DNA of 64,000 nt from NCBI GenBank assembly GCA_963806855.1, contig CAWDYW010000002.1:96001-160000 (forward strand). Reading direction: 5' to 3'. Below the pieces are notes generated by a model. That model was not told where the DNA came from. It made no database searches and saw nothing but the letters and a program-made list of their open reading frames with translations. Positions within the stretch are counted from its first letter, which is position 1. Each line of letters opens with the position of its first letter. Shown piece by piece: positions 29,916 to 38,351 of the stretch. The DNA comes from an uncultured Verrucomicrobiae bacterium (GTDB lineage Bacteria; Chlamydiota; Chlamydiia; Chlamydiales; Rhabdochlamydiaceae). Both the position numbers and the translations under genes were made by a program.

Positions 29916-30519
29916 AATCAAGTATACGAAGACAGAACTGCGCGCCCAACAGATCAGGTTGACCCAACTTGAAAAGTATCTGCCAACCCTGCAGCTGAAA
30001 AAAGCGATGTTGCAGCTCGAGATCAACCAAGTGCTGGGTGAATTGGAGAAGTTAGAGATCGAAAAGAAGACCTTCGAAAACAAGATGTACGGCTATCAGC
30101 AATTGCTCACCGACACCGATGCCGAGAGCCTCTTCCAATCTCTCGAAGTCGTATCGGTGAACAAACGGTTTGAAAATATCGCCGGCGTCGAAATCCCTAT
30201 CTTTGAGGGGATCGTCTTCACAGAGCCCACCTACTTCCTCTTCGATACCCCCTACTGGCTAGAAAGTGGCATCCGCGGCGGGCAAAATCTAATAGAAACG
30301 CGGGAAAAAATCTTGATTCTCCACGAACGGAAAAGATTGCTCGAGAAAGAACTGCGAGAGGTATCGATCCGAGTCAACCTGTTTGAAAAAATCATGATTC
30401 CCCGAACCAAAGACAATATCAAAAAAGTGAAAATCTTCCTTGGCGACATGCAACTTGCCGCTGTTGCCCAGACAAAAGTTGCGAAGCGGAAAATCCTCGA
30501 GCGGAAGGGCCAGCAATGA
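29908..30519 (+). CDS. atpD: V/A-type ATP synthase subunit D
   Basis: [28 protein letters not shown]. Confidence 0.96.
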   Translation: MSEIKYTKTELRAQQIRLTQLEKYLPTLQLKKAMLQLEINQVLGELEKLEIEKKTFENKMYGYQQLLTDTDAESLFQSLEVVSVNKRFENIAGVEIPIFEGIVFTEPTYFLFDTPYWLESGIRGGQNLIETREKILILHERKRLLEKELREVSIRVNLFEKIMIPRTKDNIKKVKIFLGDMQLAAVAQTKVAKRKILERKGQQ

Positions 30520-32432
30520 TCATTGATCTGAAAAAATACCTCTTTGTCGGAGCTAAAGAAGATCTGGCTGAATTTTTCATTCGAGCTCAAGAAACGGGCT
30601 TTATTGAGTTCATCACCACCCAAAAATCGAAAGAGCTCCCCGAATCGATCAAGAAATTTATCGATGCGATCAAGATCTTGCGCAAGCAGCCGGTGAAAGA
30701 GCCCTACCGAGGTGGGGGAACTTTCGCTTTCGCCGAGGAAGTGACGACCCAAGTGCTCGATTTGACCCACGAGGTAGAAAAACTCAGTGAAGAGAAACGG
30801 TTTTTGGAAGCCGAAATCACCCGGATCGCCCCGTTTGGTCAGTTCTCCTTTGAAGATATCAACTTCATTCAAGAGACCACCGGCAAAAAAATCCAATTCT
30901 ACTGCGTCAAATCCTCATCTAAAAACGAAGTCGCGCCTGCCCTGATCTATATCGGCACCGATTACGACCTCGATTACTTCATCGGCATCCACGACAGGCC
31001 CCAAAGCTATCCGAACATGATCGAGATGCACTTCGACCGAACCGCTGAAGAGCTGAAAAATCACCTCGCTTTTGTCGATGAGACCCTCCACCAGATCGAG
31101 GCCGAACTCAAAGGCTATGCTGGATATATCGATTTCCTCAAGGATGGACTCCTGGCCCGGCTCGACCTCTACTATCTGGCCAAAGCCGAAGCAGGGGTCG
31201 AATATCCGATGCAAGGAACAATCTTCTCTATCGAAGGATGGGTCCCTCAAAACAAAACCGAAAAACTGCTCCCCCTCATCGAAGGCAAAGCGATCTTCTT
31301 CGAGCAGATCGCCATTGAAGCAGACGACAAAGTTCCCACCTGTATGGAGAACAAAGGCGCCAATCGGATCGGGGAGGATATAGTCAAAATCTACGATATT
31401 CCCTCCGCAAACGATAAAGATCCTTCCGGCTGGGTGATCTGCGCTTTTGCCCTCTTCTTTGCCATGATCATGGCCGACGGCGGATATGGGATGATTTTCC
31501 TTGCCTTAGCGATCTTTTTGAAATTCAAATTTCCCACCCTCAAAGGATCAAAAAAAAGGTTCCTCAAACTCCTCTTCATCCTAGCGACAACCTGCATCAT
31601 CTGGGGAGTATTCACCACCTCCTATTTCGGCCTCCAGTTTGGGCCGAACAGTCCGCTGACCAAATTTTCTGTCCTCCACTACATGGCAGCCAAAAAAGCG
31701 GAGTACCATCGTGAGCACGACGACGCCACCTACAAAACCTGGGTGAAAGAGTTTCCCCAGATTGCCAAAGCGCAGAGTGGAAAAGAGATCCTCACCTTGG
31801 CCTCAGTTGAGAAAGAGGGTAAAATCAAATATCCGATTTCAGAGGATTTTAACGATAGCATCCTATTTGAATTTTCGATCCTCGTCGGCGTCATCCACAT
31901 CAGCTTCTCCCTTCTGCGCTATGCTAGCCGCAATTGGGCCAATTTCGGATGGATCGCAGCAGCTATCGGCGGCTACCTCTATCTACCCGCCACCCTAAAG
32001 GCCACCTCCCTCGTCGTGTTCATGGGCTGGATCTCCGAAAGTACCGCCTCCTCCGTCGGCCTGCAACTCTTCTATGGAGGAATGGGCCTCGCCGTTATCG
32101 CCGCCTTGATCCAAAAGAAATGGAAAGGACTGTTAGAGATCCCCAATGCGATCCAGATCTTCTCCGATATCCTCTCCTATTTGCGCCTCTATGCCCTTGC
32201 GCTAGCCAGCAGCATCATGGCAAGCACCTCGAACGATATGGGGGCAAATGCGGGCCTCGTCGTAGGCTTTGTCATCGTGATCATCGGCCACATCATCAAC
32301 CTCTCTTTAGGTACCATGGGAGGAGTCATACATGGGCTCCGTCTGAATTTCATCGAATGGTACCACTATAGCTTTGAAGGGGAGGGGAAAATCTTCAACC
32401 CCTTAAGAAAATTACGAATAAAACAGGAGTAA
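30516..32432 (+). CDS. atpI: V/A-type ATP synthase subunit I
   Basis: FAMIMADGGYG, SDILSYLRLYALALAS, HGLRLNFIEW. Confidence 0.96.
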   Translation: MIIDLKKYLFVGAKEDLAEFFIRAQETGFIEFITTQKSKELPESIKKFIDAIKILRKQPVKEPYRGGGTFAFAEEVTTQVLDLTHEVEKLSEEKRFLEAEITRIAPFGQFSFEDINFIQETTGKKIQFYCVKSSSKNEVAPALIYIGTDYDLDYFIGIHDRPQSYPNMIEMHFDRTAEELKNHLAFVDETLHQIEAELKGYAGYIDFLKDGLLARLDLYYLAKAEAGVEYPMQGTIFSIEGWVPQNKTEKLLPLIEGKAIFFEQIAIEADDKVPTCMENKGANRIGEDIVKIYDIPSANDKDPSGWVICAFALFFAMIMADGGYGMIFLALAIFLKFKFPTLKGSKKRFLKLLFILATTCIIWGVFTTSYFGLQFGPNSPLTKFSVLHYMAAKKAEYHREHDDATYKTWVKEFPQIAKAQSGKEILTLASVEKEGKIKYPISEDFNDSILFEFSILVGVIHISFSLLRYASRNWANFGWIAAAIGGYLYLPATLKATSLVVFMGWISESTASSVGLQLFYGGMGLAVIAALIQKKWKGLLEIPNAIQIFSDILSYLRLYALALASSIMASTSNDMGANAGLVVGFVIVIIGHIINLSLGTMGGVIHGLRLNFIEWYHYSFEGEGKIFNPLRKLRIKQE

Positions 32433-32438
32433 ATATAT

Positions 32439-32861
32439 ATGGATTATGGAATGGTAGGTCCGGCGCTCGTTCTAGGACTAGGATGCATCGGAAGCTCAAT
32501 CGGCTGCGGAATCGCCGGGATGGCCACCCACGCTGTCATGAGCCGCGTCGAAGAGGGGCACGGAAAGTTCATTGGCATGTCGGCGATGCCCTCCTCCCAA
32601 TCGGTCTATGGCTTCGTCCTCATGATCCTCATGAAAGGCAAGATCGGCGATGGGAGCCTTGCTCCTATGAATGCGATCGGCATCGGCGCATCGGTCGGTG
32701 TAGCGCTCCTTTTCTCCGCGGTCTACCAGGGGATGTGCGCCGCCTCCGGAGTCCAAGCCGCCGCCAAGCAACCCGCAATCTTCGGTAAATGCTTCGCCGC
32801 GCTCGGTATCGTCGAGTCGTTCGCCCTCTTCGCCTTCGTCTTCGGCACACTGCTGCTGTAA
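32439..32861 (+). CDS. atpK: V/A-type ATP synthase subunit K (proteolipid)
   Basis: PSSQSVYG and GIVESFALFAFVF. Confidence 0.96.
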   Translation: MDYGMVGPALVLGLGCIGSSIGCGIAGMATHAVMSRVEEGHGKFIGMSAMPSSQSVYGFVLMILMKGKIGDGSLAPMNAIGIGASVGVALLFSAVYQGMCAASGVQAAAKQPAIFGKCFAALGIVESFALFAFVFGTLLL

Positions 32862-32870
32862 CAAAAGAAA

Positions 32871-32903
32871 AAACCACAGAGAGAGAAAACCTCTCTGTGG
32901 TTT
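32871..32903. terminator. Terminator after atpK
   Basis: AAACCACAGAGAG / CTCTCTGTGGTTT stem; degenerate copy at about 33732-33764. Confidence 0.8.
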
Positions 32904-32924
32904 ATTGAAGGATGAAAGCTCCTA

Positions 32925-33260
32925 TTAGGATGAGGGTTTAAGACCTACAGCAGCAGCAAAGATAGCAAAGCCAACTAACACAACCCCTTCAGAAATTGCC
33001 ATATTAATGTATGAGAAATCTTTATTTACTCGTTGCCCTACGAGTGATCCAAAATACCCAGATACCACAAAAGTGACCAAACCATATGGATCGGAGTTAG
33101 GAGTAAGTTGACGAATAACTTCTCTACAAGTCGCAGAAGTTATTGTTGCCGCAGCAGTTGCTCTCGGGTCTTCATACTGAAAAATTCCAGCTAAACTGGT
33201 AGAAAATGCTGTCGTAACGGCTGTTTGAGAAAGAAATTTAGATACTGCAGGAGATAACAT
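32925..33260 (-). CDS. Small hydrophobic hypothetical protein, copy 1 (about 111 aa)
   Basis: MLSPAVSKFLSQ... after GAAGG; paralog of 33791..34132. Confidence 0.75.
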   Translation of the reverse strand: MLSPAVSKFLSQTAVTTAFSTSLAGIFQYEDPRATAAATITSATCREVIRQLTPNSDPYGLVTFVVSGYFGSLVGQRVNKDFSYINMAISEGVVLVGFAIFAAAVGLKPSS

Positions 33261-33421
33261 AATACCTTCGGGGTTGAATTTTACCAGTCCAAAATAACAT
33301 CCGCCGTTATTATTTTGCATTCTAAATAACATCCTTGCATGTGACAAAAAATGATTGGAACGATGTAACGATGAAAAATGATAGGAATTTTTTCTTTTTT
33401 TTATCGTTCGTATCATTATAT

Positions 33422-33722
33422 CGTTGTCATGAGCCGCGTTGAAGAAGGACACGGAAAGTTCATCGGCATGTCAGCGATGCCCTCTTCCCAATCGGTCTAT
33501 GGCGTTGTCCTCATGAAAGGCAAGATTGCCGACGGGGCCCTTGCTCCTATGAACGCGATCGGTATCGGCGCATCGGTCGGAGTGGCGCTCCTTTTCTCTG
33601 CCGCCTCCGGGATGCAAGCCGCGGCCAAGCAACCTGCAATCTTCGGTAAATGCTTCGCCGCGCTCGGTATCGTCGAGTCGTTCGCACTCTTCGCCTTCGT
33701 CTTCGGCACACTGCTGATGTAA
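33422..33722 (+). pseudogene. atpK: 5'-truncated, diverged duplicate of atpK
   Basis: Aligns to atpK from VMSRVEE to the stop codon, with in-frame 9-bp and 21-bp deletions. Confidence 0.9.
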
Positions 33723-33790
33723 CAAAAGAAAAAACCACAGAGAGATGAAAACCTCTCCGCGGTTAATAAATTAAAGGATGAAAGCTCCTA

Positions 33791-34132
33791 TTAGGATGAG
33801 GGTTTATAACCTAAAGCAGCAGCAAACAAGGCAAAGCCAAATAAGACAACTCCATGAGAAATTCCCAGCTTAATAATCGAGAAATCTTTATTTACTCGTT
33901 GCCCTACTAGTGATGCAAAATACCCACCTACTACAAAAGTGACCAAACCTCGCACAATGGGATCGCCTTTTGGATAAAATTGGAGAATAACTTCATCACA
34001 AGTTGCAAAAGTTATAGTTGCGGCAGCAGTGGCTTTCGGGTCTTCATACTGAAAAATCCCAGCTAAACTGGTAGAAAATGCTGTCATAACAGCTGTATTA
34101 GAAAGAAAATTTGATACTGCAGGAGTTAACAT
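33791..34132 (-). CDS. Small hydrophobic hypothetical protein, copy 2 (about 113 aa)
   Basis: MLTPAVSNFLSN...; shares TAFSTSLAGIFQYEDP and LVGQRVNKDFS with copy 1. Confidence 0.75.
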   Translation of the reverse strand: MLTPAVSNFLSNTAVMTAFSTSLAGIFQYEDPKATAAATITFATCDEVILQFYPKGDPIVRGLVTFVVGGYFASLVGQRVNKDFSIIKLGISHGVVLFGFALFAAALGYKPSS

Positions 34133-34432
34133 AATACCTTCGGGGTTGGATTTTATCATTTCAAAATACCATCCTCTGTTCTTATTTTGCTATTCTAAAA
34201 GGTAACCTGATGACCGTTGAAAGTTGGAGATCTGCCAATTTTCAATTATCGCCAGTATAGGGCTTATCGTCTACAAGTTCTTTATTTTCAATTAGTTGCA
34301 ATTTTTATAGCCATTTGAGCTTAAGCTATTTACCTCGAGACTCTTGCGAATAAATAATTGGTTTATATTAGTATTGAAATTAAATTAAAATTTGATTATA
34401 ATAAAGATATAATAAAAGAGGTAATTAATAAA

Positions 34433-35344
34433 ATGAGTAGCGTTCAAACAAGCGCGATATTAGGGCAGCAGCCAAAGATTACGGGTTCTGCTGAAGCTTT
34501 TCCAGTCGGTAATTTGCCAGATGAGCTGATAGCGGAGATCGTAAAGAAACTGGATTTTCCCACTCTGGAACGACTCGAAAAAACAGATGAATTCTGGGCT
34601 AATTATACAGTAGATGAGTGGAGATCTATAGCAAAGCAAATAGGCTGCCCACCTTATGGGGATCCCAAAGCCCAAGTTTTTGGCTTTATTAAGGATTTGC
34701 GCGAAAAAATCAATAATTGTCCTGAAAATAAACCAGACGATATTACTAAAATCTTAGAAAAACCAACGGAAACTCTTACGATCCCTGAGATCAATCTTCT
34801 TCAAGACTGCCTTAAGGCTCGGGATACTTTAGTTGTTTGGGCTCAATTGGCGGTCGCGATCGGCGGACAAATACCTAATCGCAACTTCGCTGATTCAAGC
34901 GCAGTAATCGATGAAGCAAAAAAATTCAGCGGTTGGATTACAGAACATCAAGAACAGCTCTTTCAGTTGACTAATCTGGATCTAAGCGGCATGCATCTCA
35001 CCTCATTGCCGCCTGAGATCGGCAAACTCACTGGGCTGGAAAGGCTCTTTCTACAGATAAATAGTCTCACCGCTTTGCCCCCAGAGTTTTCAGAGCTCAA
35101 ACAGCTCAAGGAGCTCAATCTTTCAGAAAATCAATTCATCCGAACACCTGAAGAGATCTGCGAAGAGCTCCCTATGCTGCAGCAGATTAATCTTTCTAAC
35201 AATCCATTTCCTCAATTGATGCTTGAAAGGAGTTTTAATGATCAGATCGCTTCTCTTAAAAGTAACACTAAAAAAGTCGCTGTTGCAACCGTCGCTACCG
35301 TCGCCGCCGCCGCCTCTATAGGATTGTACTTTGGGTTTCTTTAA
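34433..35344 (+). CDS. F-box-like / LRR effector-like protein with a C-terminal hydrophobic tail
   Basis: LPDELIAEIVKKL..W F-box-like motif; LTSLPPEIGKLTGLERLFL LRRs; start at MSSVQTS after GAGG. Confidence 0.85.
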   Translation: MSSVQTSAILGQQPKITGSAEAFPVGNLPDELIAEIVKKLDFPTLERLEKTDEFWANYTVDEWRSIAKQIGCPPYGDPKAQVFGFIKDLREKINNCPENKPDDITKILEKPTETLTIPEINLLQDCLKARDTLVVWAQLAVAIGGQIPNRNFADSSAVIDEAKKFSGWITEHQEQLFQLTNLDLSGMHLTSLPPEIGKLTGLERLFLQINSLTALPPEFSELKQLKELNLSENQFIRTPEEICEELPMLQQINLSNNPFPQLMLERSFNDQIASLKSNTKKVAVATVATVAAAASIGLYFGFL

Positions 35345-35655
35345 AGATGTTTTAGCTCGATCCGCACTTTCAGCAGCTGCTTGATGATTTTCTCAAAAGC
35401 CTCTCTTCCTGGTTTCTGCTCATATTTGTCGATCCCTTCCGAGATGTGGCGGAGCATGTTGACGAGTCGATCGTCATTGATGTCGCTTGAGCAGTTGTGG
35501 ATCCGCGCCTGAATTTCCCGGAGCTTTTCGAGGTTGGGCACTTTTTCTGATAGGGCAGACTCTAGGTCGGCCAAAGCGGAAATGAGCTTTTTTCCTCCTC
35601 GTTTTGGCTGCTGAGGAAAGGGGCGGACATGGTAAGGATCATGTGGATGTTCCAT
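35341..35655 (-). CDS. Hypothetical helical protein (104 aa)
   Basis: ORF with AAGGAG RBS. Confidence 0.65.
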   Translation of the reverse strand: MEHPHDPYHVRPFPQQPKRGGKKLISALADLESALSEKVPNLEKLREIQARIHNCSSDINDDRLVNMLRHISEGIDKYEQKPGREAFEKIIKQLLKVRIELKHL

Positions 35656-35686
35656 TTATTTTCTCCTTCGTGTATCCCTTTCATAT

Positions 35687-38275
35687 ATGCAATTGCCATT
35701 TTGGACACAATCTGTTTCAGAAATTTCTGCTCATTTGATCACCGATCTCAAAACCGGGCTCACGCAGGCGGAGGCTAAAGCTCGTCTTGAGAGATTGGGT
35801 CTCAATGTCCTGCCGAAAAAGGGGAGGGCGGTCTGGTGGAAGCTTCTTTTGAGTCAATTTTCGAGCATTATCATTTGGCTGCTGATCGGAGCGGCGGTTG
35901 TCGCTGGGTTACTTGGCGAGGTGGTCGATGCCTGGGCGATTTTGGCGATCGTCATCCTCAATGCCCTATTGGGCTTTTTCCAAGAATACCGGGCGGAGCG
36001 CTCTTTGGAGGCTCTGCAAGAGCTGGCGGCGCCGCTGTCGAAGGCGGTGCGCGATGGGATTTTGCAGATGATCCCGTCCGAGCAGATCGTCCCCGGGGAT
36101 ATTATCCTTTTAGAGGCAGGCGACCTTGTACCGGCTGATGGACGGGTGATAGCCAAGTCGCATCTCTCGACCGATGAGTCTTCATTGACAGGGGAGTCGG
36201 TTCCAGTTGCCAAAACAGATCAGGTGCTCCAAGGGGATCGGTTGCTGGCCGACCGGAAGAATATGGTCTTTATGGGAACGACGGTCGCCTCGGGCAAAGG
36301 GCATGTGATGATTGTCCAAACGGGCATTGAAACTGAGATCGGGATAATCGCCTCTGAGCTGCTGACTGCAAAGAAAGAGACCACCCCCTTGCAGAAACGC
36401 TTGGATGAGCTTGGAAAAAGGCTGGTCTACCTCTGTTTGGTGATTGTGGCGATCGTTTTTGCAGTCGGGGTGCTGCGGGGCAGCGGGGTGGTCGACATGC
36501 TCCTCATTGCGCTCAGTTTGGCAGTCGCCGCCATTCCGGAAGGGCTGCCGGCGGCGGTGACGATTGCGCTATCGATTGGCGTACGGAGAATGGCCAAGCA
36601 AAATGCGCTCATCAGACGCCTCTCATCTGTCGAAACGCTCGGATCGGCCAATATCATCTTCACTGACAAGACCGGCACGCTGACCCAAAATGAGATGACG
36701 GTCCGCTCTATTTGGGTCGACAGAAAATTTATCGGGGTCACTGGCTCAGGGTATGCTCCCATTGGGGAATTTGAAGGGGAGGCCAAAGATCTAGAATGGG
36801 CTCTTTCGATCGGTGTTTTATGCAACAACGCCAATATTCTTCAAAAAGAGGGCAAATGGACAGTGGCAGGTGACCCGACTGAGGGGGCTCTTTTAACTGC
36901 CGCAAAAAAATTAGGATTGGCGCCAGACTGGAACTTTTGCGAAGAGATCCCGTTTGATTCTGACCGGAAGATGATGAGTGTGCTGAGAGAAAAGGATGGA
37001 AAAAAGGTGCTGTTTGTCAAAGGGGCCCCGGACATTCTGCTCTCCCGCTCAAAAAAGTGGCTCGTCGATGGAGAGGAGCTCCCTCTGACCGATCAATCGG
37101 AAATCAGCCGAGCCAATCAGAAACTTGCTTCAAAAGCCTATCGGGTGCTGGGACTGGCCTATCAGACGAACCTGTCAGCGCCACTCGAAGAGGATCTGGT
37201 TTTTGTCGGGCTGGTGGCGATGATCGATCCGCCAAGACCTGAGGCGAAAGAGGCGATTCGAGTCTGTAAAGAGGCTGGCGTGCGGACCGTGATGGTGACC
37301 GGCGATCACAAAGAGACCGCTCAAGCAATTGCCCGAGAACTCGACATGGATCATGGGCTCGTAGTCGATGGCAAAGAGCTCGATCAGATGAGCGATGAAC
37401 AGCTGCATGAGGTTGCCGTTTTTTCACGCATCAGCGCGGCCCACAAATTGCGGATCATCAATGCCTTTGCCGACAAAGTGACGGCGATGACCGGCGATGG
37501 AGTCAACGATGCCCCAGCCATCCATGCGGCGGATATCGGCATTGCGATGGGGATCGCCGGTACCGAGGTGACGAAGCAGAGCGCCGATCTGATCATCCTC
37601 GATGACAATTTTGCCTCCATCGCCCATGCCATCGAGCAGGGGAGGGGGATCTACGACAACATCGTCAAATTTGTCAGCTACTTGCTCTGCTCGAATATTG
37701 CCGAGATTTTGGTCATTTTCATCGTCATGCTGCTCGGATTGAAAGGCGCGGATAGGGGCCCCTTTGTGGCGCTGCTGCCGATTCAGCTGCTCTGGATGAA
37801 CCTGATCACAGATGGCTTCCCCGCAATCAGCTTGGCGATGGATCCGATCGATCCCCTGGCGATGAAAAGACCGCCCAGACCCCGCTCTGAGCATATTCTC
37901 AGCCGCCGCTTTACCCTTTTTCTCATCACGATGAGCCTCATCGTCACCGCGGGGGCAATCGGGGCCTGTTTTTATGGCTATCAAACCAGCGTGGCCCTAG
38001 CGCAGACGATGACCTTCACGACACTGATTGTCCTCGAACTCGTCAAAGTGCAAATGATCCGCTCCCAATACCGAATGAAGCCCTTTTCCAATCCCTACGT
38101 CATCCTGGCGCTAGGCACTTCGTTAATATTGCAGCTAATTGTCCTCTATGTTCCATCGCTTCAAATCGTCTTTGGCACAGTTCCGCTCAGCCTTACCGAT
38201 TGGGGAGTGATCCTCGGAATCGCCCTCTTTTTATGGATCGCGGGAAAAGGGATTACGAAAATTTTTTATAGATAA
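35687..38275 (+). CDS. P-type cation (probably Ca2+) transporting ATPase
   Basis: TGES, IPEGL, DKTGTLT, KGAP, TGDGVNDAP, LWMNL. Confidence 0.96.
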   Translation: MQLPFWTQSVSEISAHLITDLKTGLTQAEAKARLERLGLNVLPKKGRAVWWKLLLSQFSSIIIWLLIGAAVVAGLLGEVVDAWAILAIVILNALLGFFQEYRAERSLEALQELAAPLSKAVRDGILQMIPSEQIVPGDIILLEAGDLVPADGRVIAKSHLSTDESSLTGESVPVAKTDQVLQGDRLLADRKNMVFMGTTVASGKGHVMIVQTGIETEIGIIASELLTAKKETTPLQKRLDELGKRLVYLCLVIVAIVFAVGVLRGSGVVDMLLIALSLAVAAIPEGLPAAVTIALSIGVRRMAKQNALIRRLSSVETLGSANIIFTDKTGTLTQNEMTVRSIWVDRKFIGVTGSGYAPIGEFEGEAKDLEWALSIGVLCNNANILQKEGKWTVAGDPTEGALLTAAKKLGLAPDWNFCEEIPFDSDRKMMSVLREKDGKKVLFVKGAPDILLSRSKKWLVDGEELPLTDQSEISRANQKLASKAYRVLGLAYQTNLSAPLEEDLVFVGLVAMIDPPRPEAKEAIRVCKEAGVRTVMVTGDHKETAQAIARELDMDHGLVVDGKELDQMSDEQLHEVAVFSRISAAHKLRIINAFADKVTAMTGDGVNDAPAIHAADIGIAMGIAGTEVTKQSADLIILDDNFASIAHAIEQGRGIYDNIVKFVSYLLCSNIAEILVIFIVMLLGLKGADRGPFVALLPIQLLWMNLITDGFPAISLAMDPIDPLAMKRPPRPRSEHILSRRFTLFLITMSLIVTAGAIGACFYGYQTSVALAQTMTFTTLIVLELVKVQMIRSQYRMKPFSNPYVILALGTSLILQLIVLYVPSLQIVFGTVPLSLTDWGVILGIALFLWIAGKGITKIFYR

Positions 38276-38351
38276 TTCTATCTAGGTTTATCGCTTGTGC
38301 TTTTCCCTGAATTTAGTTATTATTTCCGTCTCTATAACTAAGGAATAGCCC

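Noticed and set aside
33378..33722. Full-length second atpK gene (114-aa ORF)
   Set aside because: The N-terminus comes from junction DNA, the first TM helix is missing and there are two internal deletions.
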